A stretch of 64,000 bases of DNA from positions 590,878 to 654,877 of the forward strand of contig CAVRJP010000001.1 of NCBI GenBank assembly GCA_963721765.1. Direction: 5' to 3'. Position numbers and translations under genes: made by a program. The DNA comes from an uncultured Chloroflexia bacterium. GTDB taxonomy: Bacteria; Chloroflexota; Limnocylindria; Limnocylindrales; CSP1-4. Each line of letters begins with the position of its first letter. Position 1 is the first letter of the stretch. Positions 27,958 to 36,460 of this stretch are shown in pieces. Under the pieces are notes generated by a model. That model saw only the letters and a list, made by a program, of their open reading frames with translations. It made no database searches and was not told the origin of the DNA.

Positions 27958-29184
27958 TCACGCTTCGGGATCCAGCCGCTCGGCGACGGCGGCGTAGAGC
28001 GCGACACCGACGGCCATCGCGTCCTCGTCGAAGACCACCGCGTTCGAGTGGTTCTGTGGGAAGCCGGCCAGCTCGCGGTCTCGGGGGCGCGCCCCGAGGT
28101 TGACCATGACGCCCGGGATCCGCTGGAGGACGTACGACCAGTCCTCCGCGGCCATCATCGGCGCCGGCATCTGGTGCACCTCGGTATCACCGACGACCGT
28201 TCGAGCGATCTCGCTGACCCGCTCGTAGACCCCCGCGTCGTTCATGGTCACCGGGTAGAGCGGCTCGAACTCGATCTCGGCTGCGACCCCGTGGGCCGAC
28301 GTGACGCCGTTGGCCACGCGCCGGATCAGCTCGGGCATCCCCTCCCGCCGCTCGTCCGAGACGCATCGGAAGGTCCCGCGGAGCTGCGCCGTCTCGGGGA
28401 TGATGTTCGGCGCCGTGCCCGCGGTCAGGTGGCCGATCGTGAGCACGACCGGGTCGAACGGGTCGACCGACCGCGTGATCGCCACCTGGAGCGCGGTGAT
28501 CAGCTCGGCCGCGACCGGGATCGGGTCCAGGGCGTTGTGGGGCGCCGATGCGTGACCGCCTCGACCACGAATGGTGATCGCGAAGTTGTCCGTGGACGCC
28601 TGCTGCGCGCCCGGGCGCGCATGGACCTCGCCCGACGGGAACTGGGCCGAGATGTGGATCGCGAAGGCGCGGGCGCTCGCCGGCGAGAGGTCGTCGAGGA
28701 AGCCCTCGTCGAGCATCACCCTCGCGCCGAAGAAGCCTTCCTCGCCCGGTTGGAACATCAGCCGGACCGGGCCGGGCAGGCTTTCCCGGTTCGCATGGTG
28801 GCGCTCGACCAGGAGGCGGGCCGCCCCGAGCAGCATCGTGAGGTGCATATCGTGTCCGCAGGCGTGCATCCGGCCGGAGACCTCGGACGGGAAGTCGAGG
28901 CCGGTCTCCTCCGTCAGCGGCAGGGCATCCATGTCGGCGCGGAGGACCACGGTGCGTCCCGGACGTTCCGCGCCGATGGTCGCGGTCACGCTGGACAGGC
29001 CCTTGCCGAGCGCCGGCTCGAGGCCGACCTTCCGAAGCTCGGCGGCCACGCGTGCCTGCGTCTCCGGCAGGTCGAGGCCGACCTCGGGGCGCTTGTGGAT
29101 CGCCCGGCGGATCGGGAGGAGATCGGGCAGGAGCGCGCGGGCTCTGGCGAGGATCTCGGAGGGCTCGTGCGCGCCCGACGTCAC
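27958..29184 (-). CDS. M20D family amidohydrolase (aminoacylase/hippurate hydrolase-like)
   Basis: MHACGHDMH motif and MFQPGEEG. GTG 29184 overlaps the panC stop (GTGA). Confidence 0.85.
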   Translation of the reverse strand: MTSGAHEPSEILARARALLPDLLPIRRAIHKRPEVGLDLPETQARVAAELRKVGLEPALGKGLSSVTATIGAERPGRTVVLRADMDALPLTEETGLDFPSEVSGRMHACGHDMHLTMLLGAARLLVERHHANRESLPGPVRLMFQPGEEGFFGARVMLDEGFLDDLSPASARAFAIHISAQFPSGEVHARPGAQQASTDNFAITIRGRGGHASAPHNALDPIPVAAELITALQVAITRSVDPFDPVVLTIGHLTAGTAPNIIPETAQLRGTFRCVSDERREGMPELIRRVANGVTSAHGVAAEIEFEPLYPVTMNDAGVYERVSEIARTVVGDTEVHQMPAPMMAAEDWSYVLQRIPGVMVNLGARPRDRELAGFPQNHSNAVVFDEDAMAVGVALYAAVAERLDPEA

Positions 29185-30092
29185 CCGATCGGCTCGTTGT
29201 CGATGAGCCGCGTGCTGCCAAAACGGACGGCGGTCGACAACAGGGCGGGGCCGTCGATCGTGTCGAGCTCGTCGAGCGTCTCGGCATCGGCAACCGAGAC
29301 GTACTCGGGGTTGGCGAGCGGCTCCGCGGCGAGCGCGTTGCGCATGACGTCCCGGAGCGCCTCCGCGGATCGCTCGCCCTCGTACCAGTGCGTTCGGGCG
29401 GCGAGCAGGGCGCGTCGCACTGCGGGTGCCGCCTGGCGCTCGGCGGGGGAGAGGTGGACGTTGCGCGAGGACAGGGCCAGGCCGTCGGGCTCACGGACGG
29501 TCGGCAGCCCGATGACCTCGATCGGCAGGGCGAGGTCTTTCGCCATGCGGCGGATCACGAGCAGCTGCTGCGCGTCCTTCTGGCCGAAGTACGCCCGATC
29601 CGCCCCGACGAGGTCGAACAGGATCGCGACCACCGTCGCGACGCCGTCGAAATGGCCGGGCCGCGCGGCCCCCTCGAGCACCTGGGCCAGCTTGCCGACC
29701 CGGACGGACGTGTCGAACCCGGACGGATAGACGTCCTCGACGCCCGGTGCGAACACGAGGTCCGCCCCCTCCTCGGTGCAGATCGCGACGTCACGACCCT
29801 CGCTCCGCGGGTACTTCTCGAGGTCCGCGGGGTCGCCGAACTGGCGCGGGTTGACGAAGATCGACACCACGGTCGTGGCGTTCTCATCGCGCGCCCGCCG
29901 AATCAGCGCGCGGTGGCCCTCGTGCAGCCAGCCCATGGTCGGTACGAGCCCGACCGGCCGGGGGGCACGTGCCAGCGCGTCGCGCAGCTCCGCTCGCGAC
30001 CGAACGATGCGGAGGACGCCACCCGGAGCGAGGTCGGCGATCGCCGATGGGTGGTCGGCGCTCGTTCCCGGTTGGTCTGCCTTCGTCGTCAC
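29181..30092 (-). CDS. panC: pantoate--beta-alanine ligase
   Basis: VPTMGWLHEGH, SIFVNPRQF and YFGQKDAQQ motifs. Confidence 0.92.
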   Translation of the reverse strand: MTTKADQPGTSADHPSAIADLAPGGVLRIVRSRAELRDALARAPRPVGLVPTMGWLHEGHRALIRRARDENATTVVSIFVNPRQFGDPADLEKYPRSEGRDVAICTEEGADLVFAPGVEDVYPSGFDTSVRVGKLAQVLEGAARPGHFDGVATVVAILFDLVGADRAYFGQKDAQQLLVIRRMAKDLALPIEVIGLPTVREPDGLALSSRNVHLSPAERQAAPAVRRALLAARTHWYEGERSAEALRDVMRNALAAEPLANPEYVSVADAETLDELDTIDGPALLSTAVRFGSTRLIDNEPIG

Positions 30093-30127
30093 GTCGCGAG
30101 GCTACGCCAATCGAGTGGCGATCGGCG

Positions 30128-30182
30128 GGTGATCGGGTGGTGAGGCGCAGGTGAGCGTTCGGTGATCTGCGGGTGATCCAGG
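30128..30182. repeat. five GGTGA-initiated 11-bp phased repeats in the panC/tag divergent spacer
   Basis: GGTGA at 30128, 30139, 30150, 30161 and 30172 (exact 11-nt spacing). The units are GGTGATCGGGT, GGTGAGGCGCA, GGTGAGCGTTC, GGTGATCTGCG and GGTGATCCAGG. Confidence 0.85.
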
Positions 30183-30212
30183 ATGAACCTGACGTTGTTT
30201 GGCAGGTAAGCC

Positions 30213-30818
30213 ATGTTGGCTAGCATGCCGACGATGGCAGTCGAGACACTCGTGCGCTGTGCCTGGCCGGGGACGGACCCGCTCAACCTCGAGCATCACG
30301 ATGTCGAGTGGGGTGTGCCGTCCCGTGATCGGCGGCACCTGTTCGAGCTGCTGACGCTCGAGGGCGCGCAGGCGGGCCTGTCTTGGACGACGATCCTCCG
30401 CAAGCGCGACGGCTATCGGGCGGCGTTCGCGGGCTTCGAGCCGGATCGCGTGGCGACATTCGGACCGGACGACGTCGATCGGCTGATGCTCGATCCGGCG
30501 ATCGTCCGGAACCGGGCCAAGATCGAGTCGACGATCGACAACGCGCGCGCCGTGCTCGAGTTGGAGCGCGGGGGCGTCACCTTCGTCGACCACCTGTGGT
30601 CGTTCGTGGGCGGCGCGCCGATCCAGAACGCGTTCATCGGACTCGGCAGCATCCCGGCAGAGACCGCCGAATCGAAGGCGATGTCGAAGGACCTGAAGCG
30701 ACGCGGCTTCCGCTTCGTCGGTCCGACCATCTGTTACGCGTTCATGCAGGCTGCCGGCCTCGTCAACGACCACACGATCGACTGCTACCGCCACGCGCAG
30801 GTCGCGGCCCTCGCCTGA
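30213..30818 (+). CDS. tag: DNA-3-methyladenine glycosylase I
   Basis: RCAWPGTDPL..HDVEWGVP, EGAQAGLSW and TICYAFMQAAGLVNDH motifs. The start could be 30213, 30225 or 30234. Confidence 0.9.
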   Translation: MLASMPTMAVETLVRCAWPGTDPLNLEHHDVEWGVPSRDRRHLFELLTLEGAQAGLSWTTILRKRDGYRAAFAGFEPDRVATFGPDDVDRLMLDPAIVRNRAKIESTIDNARAVLELERGGVTFVDHLWSFVGGAPIQNAFIGLGSIPAETAESKAMSKDLKRRGFRFVGPTICYAFMQAAGLVNDHTIDCYRHAQVAALA

Positions 30819-31135
30819 GTCGCGCCCTCACGTCGCCAGAGTCGCGCCCTCGCATCGCCGGCGCGCGACCGGACATCCTGCCAGAGCGTCACCACGCCGG
30901 GCTTAGCAGGCGATTTCCCTGTCAATTTGCCCGATGACACCGGAATGGCAGGAATTCGCTGACTGGCCGAGCGTGAACCCTCGAAGCCCAACGGCAATGC
31001 GGGCCGATCCGCCGTCTAAGCCTCTCTACCTGATGCTGTGGCAGGAAATCCGGGTGCGGGACCCAAGCCTCGCTCTGACGCTCTTGCGAGAAATCCCGGT
31101 GCGGGCCCGAGCCTCGCGTCGTGACGCGACGGCGG
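30817..31135. repeat. intergenic repeat cluster, copy D of the dispersed element family
   Basis: GAGTCGCGCCCTC..TCGCC x2. TGCCAGAGCGTCACCACGCCGGGCTTAG (30879-30906). CCGGAATGGCAGGAA (30940-30954). A ~45-nt unit, GAAATCCCGGTGCGGGNCC.GAGCCTCGC, occurs x2 (31040-31130). Confidence 0.8.
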
Positions 31136-31156
31136 GAAGCCGAGCGGGACGACGAG

Positions 31157-32074
31157 CTAGAGGTCGCGGTCGAGCGGGATGGCGGAGGGGATGCGATCGC
31201 CCGCGGCTCGGTCGTCGGAGTGGCGCCCCAGCGCCTCGTCGAGGACCGCGTCGTCCATGCGGACGGTCTCGGCGGGGCCGGGGAACGTTCCCGCGAGGAC
31301 GTCCGCGACCCACGCGCGCGCCGCCGCGCCGATGGTGCCCTGGAGGTCGGCATACGCCCGGGAGTGCTTCGGGTGGAAGTCGCCGAGGCCGATGAGGTCC
31401 GGGATCACCTGGACCTGGCCGCTGCAGTGTGGGCCGGCTCCGATCCCGATCGTCGGGATGCGCAGGCGCGACGTGATCACCGCGGCGAGCTGCTCCGGCA
31501 CGAGCTCGAGCACGATCGAGAACGCGCCGGCCTCCTGGATCGCGACGGCGTCGGACAGCAACGCGCGGGCAGCATCACGCGTCTTGCCCTGGACCTTGAC
31601 CTTGCCGCCCAGGCCGTGCTGCGACTGCGGCGTCCAGCCGATGTGGCCCATGACCGGTACGCCGGACTTGACCAGTGCCTCGACCACCCGAGCGCTCCGA
31701 ACCCCGCCCTCGACCTTGACCGCCTGCGCCCCGCCGTCCTGGAGGAACCGGCCCGCGTTCTCGGTCGCCTCGCCGGTCGTCGCGTACGACAGGAACGGCA
31801 TGTCGCCGATCACGAGCGCCCGCCGCGTCCCGCGCACGACCGCACGCGTGTGATGCAGCATCTCGTCCATGGTGACCCGTACCGTCGACTCGTAGCCGAG
31901 CGCGACCTGGCCGAGCGAATCGCCGACGAGGATCATCGGGATGCCGGCGTCGTCGAGGATCCGCGCTGTCGGATAGTCGTAGGCGGTGAGCATCGGGATG
32001 CGCTCGCCGTCGGCGTACATCCGGCCGATGTCGGTGACGGTCAGCCGGCGAACATCGTGCTCCGACGCGCTCAC
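31157..32074 (-). CDS. panB: 3-methyl-2-oxobutanoate hydroxymethyltransferase
   Basis: MLTAYDY, LVGDSLG, KVEGG and GHIGWTPQ motifs. ~35-aa C-terminal extension. Confidence 0.92.
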   Translation of the reverse strand: MSASEHDVRRLTVTDIGRMYADGERIPMLTAYDYPTARILDDAGIPMILVGDSLGQVALGYESTVRVTMDEMLHHTRAVVRGTRRALVIGDMPFLSYATTGEATENAGRFLQDGGAQAVKVEGGVRSARVVEALVKSGVPVMGHIGWTPQSQHGLGGKVKVQGKTRDAARALLSDAVAIQEAGAFSIVLELVPEQLAAVITSRLRIPTIGIGAGPHCSGQVQVIPDLIGLGDFHPKHSRAYADLQGTIGAAARAWVADVLAGTFPGPAETVRMDDAVLDEALGRHSDDRAAGDRIPSAIPLDRDL

Positions 32075-33447
32075 GTCGAACGACCTCGCTCCGATGCGGC
32101 TCCGTGCATGCCGGCAGTCTGCGCCGCCGCATCGAGGTCGTCCAACGCCCGTGCGACGCGGTCCAGCACGCGATCGGCGACCTCGCGCTTCGAGAGCAGC
32201 GGCAGGGCATCCGAGCCGCCCGACCGATCGAGGATCGTGACCCGGTTCGTCTCGGTCCCGAACCCGGAGCCGGCCTCCGAGACGTCGTTGGCGACGAGCA
32301 GGTCGATGCCCTTCGAACGCAGCTTGCCCGCCGCCCGCTCGATGCCGCCCGTCTCCGCCGCGAATCCGACGAGTACCGGCGCCCGGCCTTCGCCGGCGGC
32401 GGCCCGCTCGGAGGCGAGCGTCGCCACCTCGGCCAGCAGGTCCGGCGTCGGCTCGAGCTCAAGCGCGAGGCCATCCGCCCGCGCGATCTTGCGATCGGCG
32501 GGCTCCACGGGCGCGAAGTCCGCCACGGCGGCGGCCATCACCAGCGCGTCGGGCGGGCTCGCATCCTGGGGTCGCATCGCCGCGCCGAGGGCCTCGCGCA
32601 TCTCCACAGCGCGCTCCACGCGAACGATGCGCGCCGCAGGTGGCAGCGGCACCTCGACCGCTGCGGCGATCAGGGTCACGGTCGCGCCCCGCGCCAGCGC
32701 CGCTTCGGCGAGGGCGGCGCCCATCCTCCCGGTCGAGCGGTTGCCGATGAACCGAACCGGATCGATCGGCTCGCGCGTGCCGCCCGCGGTGATGACGATC
32801 GACCGCCCGACCAGGTCCGCCTCGCGAGGCCCGCCGGTCGTGATCGGGGGCCGAGCCTCGCGCTTCGGCGCTCGGACCGCCCGTCCGGCAACGGCGGCGA
32901 CGACCGCGTCGACGATCGACGGGAGCTCTGCGAGCCGGCCCATGCCGGACTGACCGGAAGCCAGCGGGCCGGCGGTCGGCGGGACGACCGTGTACCCGAA
33001 GCCGTCGCGCAGTCGGTTGACGTTCGTCACCGTCGCCGGGTGCGTCCACATGTCGCCATCCATCGCCGGCGCGACGACGACCGGCGCGCTGGTCGCGAGC
33101 GCGGTCGCCGTGACGACGTCGCCGGCGAGTCCGTTGGCCATCGCAGCCAGCCAGTGGGCGGTGGCGGGCGCAACGACGATCGCATCGGCGCTGTCGGCGA
33201 CCACGATGTGCCCGATGCGCCCATCGGGCAGGAGGTCGAGGACGTCGGTCTCGACCGGGTGTCGCGAGAGCGCGGCGAAGGACAGCGGCCCGACGAAGCG
33301 GGTCGCGCTGGGCGACAGGAGCACGACCACGTCGGCGCCCTCGGCAGTCAGGAGCCGCAGCAGCTCGACCGCCTTGTACGCGGCGATCGAGCCCGTGACA
33401 CCGAGCGCCACGAGGCGTCCATCGAGTCGACTGGTTCGTTCCGTCAT
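32071..33447 (-). CDS. coaBC: bifunctional phosphopantothenoylcysteine decarboxylase / phosphopantothenate--cysteine ligase
   Basis: Flavoprotein N-domain (GVTGSIAAYK, PAMDGDMW) plus DFP C-domain (ITAGGTREPIDPVRFIGNRSTG). Confidence 0.92.
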   Translation of the reverse strand: MTERTSRLDGRLVALGVTGSIAAYKAVELLRLLTAEGADVVVLLSPSATRFVGPLSFAALSRHPVETDVLDLLPDGRIGHIVVADSADAIVVAPATAHWLAAMANGLAGDVVTATALATSAPVVVAPAMDGDMWTHPATVTNVNRLRDGFGYTVVPPTAGPLASGQSGMGRLAELPSIVDAVVAAVAGRAVRAPKREARPPITTGGPREADLVGRSIVITAGGTREPIDPVRFIGNRSTGRMGAALAEAALARGATVTLIAAAVEVPLPPAARIVRVERAVEMREALGAAMRPQDASPPDALVMAAAVADFAPVEPADRKIARADGLALELEPTPDLLAEVATLASERAAAGEGRAPVLVGFAAETGGIERAAGKLRSKGIDLLVANDVSEAGSGFGTETNRVTILDRSGGSDALPLLSKREVADRVLDRVARALDDLDAAAQTAGMHGAASERGRST

Positions 33448-34256
33448 GCCAGCGGGAGCTCGAGTGGTTGGCCGCCGGCGACCTCGGCGTGGAGGATCGC
33501 GAGGCCCTTCAGGGTCAGCTCGGGGTCGATCGCCTCGACGCCGTCGAGGGCCGCCGCCCAGGGACCACGCGACAGGCCGCCGGTGAGGACGACGTGGACC
33601 TCGCCCACGGACACATCCCCGGCATCGGCCAGCTCACGCCGGATCTTCACCAGCAGCCCGGTGACGAGGGATTGATAGCCCAGGACCGCGCCGCTCTGGA
33701 TCGCCGATGTCGTGTCGCGCCCGATCGCCCGGTCCGGAATCCGGAGCTCGACTCGCGGGAGCTTCGCCGTCCGACCGGCGAGGGCATCGAGGCCCAGCTC
33801 CAGCCCGGGCGCGATCGCGCCACCCACGAACGCCCCGTCGCGAGCGACGCAGTCGAACGTGGTCGCCGTGCCGAGATCGACCACGACCGCCGGCACCCCG
33901 TACAGGCGCGCCACGGCGAGCGCGTTGACGAGCCGATCCGCGCCCACCTCGCCTGGCCGGTCGACGCGGATCGGCAGCGGGACCGTGCCCGCACCGGCGA
34001 GGGTCAGCGAGCGCTCGCGCCGGGCGGCAACCGTCTCCAGCGCCGCAGTGACGACGGGCACGACCGAGGCACAGGCGATCGCCGAGACATCCGCGAACGC
34101 GGCATTGTCCAGGCGCAGGAGGTCCTCGAGCAGGATCTCGACCTCATCGGCCGTCGCCGCGTGGGGCGTGGCCGCTCGACGCACGGCGGCGAGACTGCCG
34201 TTCCGGAACGAGCCGACCGTGATGTTCGAGTTGCCGACGTCGATCGCGAGGAGCAC
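33444..34256 (-). CDS. coaX: type III pantothenate kinase
   Basis: LLAIDVGNSN start, VDLGTATTFD and the GGxA pattern. 4-nt overlap with coaBC. Confidence 0.9.
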   Translation of the reverse strand: MLLAIDVGNSNITVGSFRNGSLAAVRRAATPHAATADEVEILLEDLLRLDNAAFADVSAIACASVVPVVTAALETVAARRERSLTLAGAGTVPLPIRVDRPGEVGADRLVNALAVARLYGVPAVVVDLGTATTFDCVARDGAFVGGAIAPGLELGLDALAGRTAKLPRVELRIPDRAIGRDTTSAIQSGAVLGYQSLVTGLLVKIRRELADAGDVSVGEVHVVLTGGLSRGPWAAALDGVEAIDPELTLKGLAILHAEVAGGQPLELPLA

Positions 34257-34389
34257 GGCCGGATCATACGACCAGCGGATTCGATACCGATTCGCATCCC
34301 GAATCGGCGGCCCGACGACCGGCGGCGCGCGCTACCATCGCCAGCGTTCCCTCCCACCCCGAGTGCCCCCGGAGGAGGAGCGCCTGCCC

Positions 34390-34818
34390 ATGCAGCCGCC
34401 GGCCAAGTTCTTCGTGAACCAGGGTGTCGTGACGAGCCGCGAGGACATGCTCAATCTCCTGCGGCCGCTGCTGAAGCAGACGGTCAGCTATCGATACCTG
34501 CGTGGCCGCGACGTCGCCGCGCATGGAACCGGCTGGGTGGAGCGGATCGTCGTCGACCAGCCCGACGTGTCGACCTACTTCACGCCGATCGCGATCACGC
34601 TGAACGTCGACTCGTTCGAACACCTCGACTTCCAGACGCGGCCCGACCAGCTGCTCGTCTACACGCTGGTCCAGGGCGACGAATCGGTCGTCGTCGAGTT
34701 CACGCCAGGTGGCGATGGGTCGGGCTCGCCGTTCGAGCCGCACCAGCTCTCGTTCGACACCTCGGGCTACGTCCAGATGGAGCTCCAGGGGCTCGACATC
34801 TCGCCGGCCGAGGAGTAG
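34390..34818 (+). CDS. hypothetical protein
   Basis: 142 aa, MQPPAKFFVNQGVVTSRED. GGAGGAGGAG lies 8 nt upstream of ATG 34390. The long ORF-track version (33712) is antisense to coaX and is rejected. Confidence 0.55.
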   Translation: MQPPAKFFVNQGVVTSREDMLNLLRPLLKQTVSYRYLRGRDVAAHGTGWVERIVVDQPDVSTYFTPIAITLNVDSFEHLDFQTRPDQLLVYTLVQGDESVVVEFTPGGDGSGSPFEPHQLSFDTSGYVQMELQGLDISPAEE

Positions 34819-35077
34819 CCACGCTCGCTCCCGTGCCGGCCCGGCGAGCGCGAATTTCGTCTTGATCCCCTTGTGTGCGGGCGTACCATCCGGCGCATCG
34901 GTGGGCCTGCCCAGGCCCGCGGGGAGAGGGTTGCGCGGACCGTGCCGGCCCAAGGCGCGGCGCGCTCGGAGGAGGAGGGACAGGTCCGGGTGAACGCATC
35001 CGTCGAATTCGGCGCCGCGTTCCGGTGGGGGAGGCGCGATCGCCGAGTACTTCAAGTTCGCCGAACGCGGCACCAAC

Positions 35078-36382
35078 ATGGCCACGGAGATCCGTGGTGG
35101 CCTGACCACGTTCATGGTCATGGTCTACATCATCTTCGTGAACGCCGGCATCCTCGGCGCCGGCTTCCAGCTGGATCCGGCGGGCATCGCGGCGGTCTCC
35201 GCGGCGACGGCCCTGATCGCCGGGATCATGACCATCGCGATGGGCGTGATCGGGAACTACCCGTTCGCGCTCGCGGCCGGGCTCGGGATCAACGCCATCG
35301 TGGCGTTCGGCCTGACCGCACGCGGGCTCTCGCCCGAAGGCGCGATGGGCGTCATCGTCCTCGAGGGCCTCGTCGTCACGGCGCTGGTCCTCGTCGGCTT
35401 CCGCGAGGCCGTCATGAACGCGGTCCCGCTGTCGCTCAAGCGAGCGATCGGAGCCGGCATCGGCCTGTTCATCCTGTTCATCGGGTTCTTCAACGGCGGA
35501 TTCATCGCCTCGACCGGCAACACCTCGGCCACGGGCCCGGCGCTCGCCCCGGTGTTCCCGACGCTGCCGTCGCACTTCGTCTTCCTGTTCGGGCTGCTGA
35601 TCACGGTGATCCTCTGGGCGCGTCGCGTGAAGGCCGCGCTCGTCATCTCCATCCTCGCCACGACGGCCCTCGCACTCGTCGCGGGCGTCGCGACGGTGCC
35701 GGCAGGACTGTCGGCGATTCCGAGCTTCAGCCGGATCGGCGCGTTCGACCTCACGAACGTCTTCACCGTGCTGCCGATCCTGACGGCCGTGCTCGTGATC
35801 TTCTCGATCATGCTCGTCGACTTCTTCGACACGATGGGCACGGTCACCGGCGTCGCCAGCGAGGCCGGACTCGCCCGAGAGGACGGCTCTGTGCCGGGCA
35901 CGGGTCGAGTGCTCCTCGTCGACAGCGCCGCGGCGGCCATCGGCGGCCTCGCAGGGGTGTCGTCGAACACCACGTACATCGAGAGCGCGGCGGGCGTTGC
36001 CGAGGGAGCGCGAACCGGGTTTGCCTCGGTGGTCACCGGCGTGCTGTTCCTGCTCGCGATCTTCCTCGCCCCGCTGGCGGGGATCATCCCGGGCGTCGCG
36101 ACGGCGCCTGCCCTCGTGCTCGTCGGCTTCCTGATGTTCACGCAGGTGCGGGACATCAAGGTCAGCGACTTCGAGGACGGCTTCCCGGCCCTCCTGGCGA
36201 TCATCCTCATGCCGCTCACCTACGAGATCAGCGTGGGTGTCGGCGCCGGGTTCATCAGCTGGACGGTCATCAAGATCGTGCGCGGCAAGATGAGCGAGAT
36301 CCATCCGCTCATGTGGGTCGTTTCGATCGCCTTCGTCATCTACTTCGCCCAGAGCTTCATCGAGGCCTACCTGCCGAAGTAG
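35078..36382 (+). CDS. NCS2 family purine permease (AzgA-like adenine/guanine/hypoxanthine)
   Basis: GLTTFMVMVYIIFVN start region and 12+ TM segments. The conserved upstream IAEYFKFAERGTN is in frame but has no start codon, so the start may be affected by an indel. Confidence 0.85.
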   Translation: MATEIRGGLTTFMVMVYIIFVNAGILGAGFQLDPAGIAAVSAATALIAGIMTIAMGVIGNYPFALAAGLGINAIVAFGLTARGLSPEGAMGVIVLEGLVVTALVLVGFREAVMNAVPLSLKRAIGAGIGLFILFIGFFNGGFIASTGNTSATGPALAPVFPTLPSHFVFLFGLLITVILWARRVKAALVISILATTALALVAGVATVPAGLSAIPSFSRIGAFDLTNVFTVLPILTAVLVIFSIMLVDFFDTMGTVTGVASEAGLAREDGSVPGTGRVLLVDSAAAAIGGLAGVSSNTTYIESAAGVAEGARTGFASVVTGVLFLLAIFLAPLAGIIPGVATAPALVLVGFLMFTQVRDIKVSDFEDGFPALLAIILMPLTYEISVGVGAGFISWTVIKIVRGKMSEIHPLMWVVSIAFVIYFAQSFIEAYLPK

Positions 36383-36400
36383 GTCGGGCTTTCGAATCAC

Positions 36401-36437
36401 GCGGCCGGCGCCATCGGCGCCGGCCGCTTCGAATTCC
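36401..36437 (+). terminator. intrinsic terminator-like hairpin after the purine permease
   Basis: GCGGCCGGCGCC-ATC-GGCGCCGGCCGC (12-bp perfect stem) followed by TTCGAATTCC. Confidence 0.55.
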
Positions 36438-36460
36438 ACCCGCAGGTACCATCCACCACG

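Noticed and set aside
34819-35077. A purine riboswitch upstream of the NCS2 purine permease.
   Set aside because: I could not find the conserved purine-riboswitch junction and loop motifs, or a three-way-junction fold. The region is GC-rich with no recognisable aptamer.
35025-35080. A frameshift at the NCS2 permease start. The conserved IAEYFKFAERGTN is in frame but has no start codon, and a GTG at 35025 lies in another frame.
   Set aside because: It is plausible but unproven. ATG 35078 gives a functional-looking protein that loses only ~13 residues, so it is not counted as a firm frameshift.
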